Under the pieces are notes generated by a model that worked only from the letters and a program-made list of their open reading frames with translations, did no database searches and was not told the origin of the DNA. Shown here piece after piece: positions 31,916-34,073 of a stretch of 34,073 bases of DNA (position 1 is its first letter; the number at the start of each line of letters is the position of its first letter). The translations under genes were made by a program, and so were the position numbers. The DNA comes from Octopus bimaculoides (lineage: Eukaryota), in the NCBI RefSeq assembly GCF_001194135.2, contig NC_068983.1:252159-286231 (forward strand), given 5' to 3'.

Positions 31916-32556
31916 AGGATGGTCATGGCATTGTGCAAAATTCCACTGCTCTACATTTTGAGTTCAAATTCTGTCTTTCATCCTTTTGGGGTTGATAAAA
32001 TAAGTACCAGTTACGCACTGAGGTTGATGTCATTGACTAGCCCCCCACCCCCCGCCTCCCAAATTTCAGACCATGTGCCTCTAGTAGAAAGAAAGATTAT
32101 TATTATTATTATTATCATTATTTAGGTGCTGAGCTGGCAGAATTGTTAGCATGTTGGACAAAATGCTTAATGGAATTACATCCATCTTAATGTTTTGAGT
32201 TCAAATTCCATGGAGGTTGACTTTATCTTTTATCCTCTTTGGGTCGACAAAATAAGTACCAGGTGGACACTGGAGTTGATGTAACTGACTTATCTTGTCC
32301 CCGGAAATTGCTGACCTTGTGCCAAAATTTGAACTCATTATTAAGGTGATGAGCTGGCAGAATTGTTAGCTTGTAGTGGTATTACGTCTGTCTTAACGTT
32401 CTGAGTTCAAATTCTGCTGAGGTTAACTTTACCTTTCATCTTTTCGGGGTTAATAAATTATATAGCAGTGAAAGATCAGGGTCAATGTATTTGATTCGTC
32501 CCATCCTTCCAAATTTCAAGCCTTGTTCCTTTAGTAGAAAGGACAATTATTATTTA
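31916..32556 (+). mobile_element. Three head-to-tail tRNA-derived SINEs, type D (~31916-32122, 32123-32342, 32343-32556)
   Basis: Each copy has B-box TGAGTTCAAATTC and a CTTTCATC..GGGGT..ATAAA body and ends in AGTAGAAAG or a similar end plus (ATT)n. A-box TGAGCTGGCAGAATTGTTAG is present in copies 2 and 3. Confidence 0.8.
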
Positions 32557-32999
32557 GTCACTCTCAAAAACTGTAAGCTTGTTTGCCCTGTCTAAAAATG
32601 TGTTTTTGTTAAATTTTGTGTTTTAATCTAATCTTTGTTCAGTTGGATTTGTGAGTTCTTTCAAGGATTTGAATTTTTTCAAAAATAAAACATGGCAGCA
32701 TATTTCAAAGCGAGCGTGTGAGGAGGTTGTGAATGAGAGGCTGTCATTCTATGCCTGTTTTTCAGGGAAAATAACTCCTTCAGACTGATGTACATTGAAG
32801 TAAGTAGCAGTAACAAAAGTGTGCTGAGCAACAACAACTACAATAACAATTATAACAAGTGAAACTGCCTTCACCACCATTAACAAAACTAAATGTCCAG
32901 AAGAACTGAATGTCAAGTGATAGCAGACCCGTCTCCATCATCTCGATTGCAAAAGACCAGTCCCAGCCTGGACAGGGAAATTTCAGCAGTCGACAATAA

Positions 33000-33735
33000 C
33001 AACAATAGTAACTGACGTCATCACCTCTCCTTGAAATTCTATAATACAAAAAAACAAAACAAAAAAAGCAAAAAAAAACAAAAAAAAAACAGCTCTTGCA
33101 TTATCAAACACCACCATAACTGCAGCTGGTGGTTCAATCGTCGCCGAAAACGTCAGCGGAACCACAAACAAGCAGTTGCAGTAAAACTGGGTCTTTTGCC
33201 AGTGCATGCGGTATTTGAAAGAATTGAGTTAACAAAAGAAAGTGTATGACAGATAAACGAAAAATGATGCCTGAAAGCAGTATAGAGGATAGAGAGAGAT
33301 GTGTGTGATAGTTTACCAATGCATAGGACCAAAAAGTAGACGGGAAGAAAGACCAAACAAAGCCCTAGTAGAGAGGTGTCTGAAATCCGTTTTGACTTAA
33401 AAAAACACACGTACCACCAACGGCAGGTATTCTGACACTTGACATCAGATTCCCCTCGGAGGACGAGGCAAAAGCTATAGTCTAAGAAAAAAAAAAATTT
33501 TATATTCCGGTCAACGCGTGACAAAGGGTAGGTCAGCGGACTTTGTGCCAGAAATAATCTGCTGGTACAACCTGTTGCATGGTTGAGTTGTCGGCGATTA
33601 AACTGGCAACGCAACCGAGCTTGCTTGGTGAAGAGGGTGATTGTTGTACACCCTGCGGGATGTAAAATAGAACCCGTCAAAGGGTGGAGGAACTTATAAG
33701 TAGTCAACGGCCATCCAACAACGTGTGTACATATG
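33000..33735. promoter_or_regulatory. CpG-enriched, promoter-like region of an unidentified neighbouring transcript
   Basis: CpG is visibly more frequent than in the introns. Full CRE palindrome TGACGTCA at 33013-33020, further CGTCA half-sites, and ACACGTGT at 33719-33726. Strand and gene are unknown. Confidence 0.3.
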
Positions 33736-33738
33736 TAT

Positions 33739-34073
33739 TACAGAGGCATCAAGCTGTTAGATCAGGTTATGAAAGTTACAGAGAGGGTCATAGCCCAACT
33801 AATTAGGGAGCGAATCAATTTAGATGAGATGCAGTTTGGGTTCGTGCCAGGTAAAAGCACTACTGATGCCTTATTTCTAGTGAGACAGTTGCAAGAGAAA
33901 TACCTAGCCAAGGATAAACCTCTGTACCTGGCTTTCGTTGACATGGAGAAAGCCTTTGACAGGGTCCCCCGATCCCTTATCTGGTGGTCAATGAGGAAAC
34001 TTGGGATAGAAGAATGGCTAGTGAGAGCTGTGCGAGCCATGTACAGAGATGCGGCCAGTAAGGTGAGGGTTGG
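33739..34073 (+). mobile_element. 5'-truncated RTE-clade LINE, reverse transcriptase N-terminal part, runs off the window
   Basis: Stop-free for 111 codons: YRGIKLLDQVMKVTERVIAQLIRERINLDEMQFGFVPGKSTTDALFLVRQLQEKY...LAFVDMEKAFDRVPRSLIWWSMRKLG. These are typical RTE RT motifs. Confidence 0.93.

Noticed and set aside
32983-33207. 74-aa ATG-initiated - strand ORF with a hydrophobic segment
   Set aside because: The hydrophobic stretch comes from an A-rich simple repeat, and there is no other coding support.
27300-33700. CREM/CREB-like neighbour, suggested by vertebrate CREM-CCNY synteny
   Set aside because: No bZIP or KID motif found on either strand by reading.
33153-33707. Longest ORF in the track (184 aa, - strand)
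   Set aside because: TTG start, no recognisable domain, and it crosses homopolymer and simple repeats; most likely a chance ORF.

Overview
Eukaryotic, AT-rich, repeat-dense genomic DNA with five assembly gaps. It is most likely an octopus (coleoid cephalopod), inferred from the repeat families rather than from a search. One protein-coding gene can be reconstructed with confidence: an 8-exon Cyclin-Y (CCNY/CCNYL1 family) gene on the + strand, join(3985-4198,15480-15554,18728-18771,20101-20310,21380-21499,22461-22627,23624-23786,27164-27283). The CDS is 1113 nt (370 aa), all introns are GT-AG and the phases are consistent. Most of the rest is transposon debris: RTE-clade LINE fragments and their (GAT)n-tailed 3' ends, several tRNA-derived SINE families, two copies of a maT-like Tc1/mariner element, MITEs, two minisatellites and many microsatellites. 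I found no convincing novel multi-gene system. The best leads are a near-perfect pri-miRNA-like hairpin in CCNY intron 1 (4969-5050), a ~120-bp inverted repeat in the probable CCNY 3' UTR, a cryptic 10-codon repeat frame upstream of CCNY on the - strand, AG-free microsatellites next to CCNY splice acceptors, and SINEs that share a head but differ in their 3' tails. All homology calls come from manual translation and recall; no searches were run.
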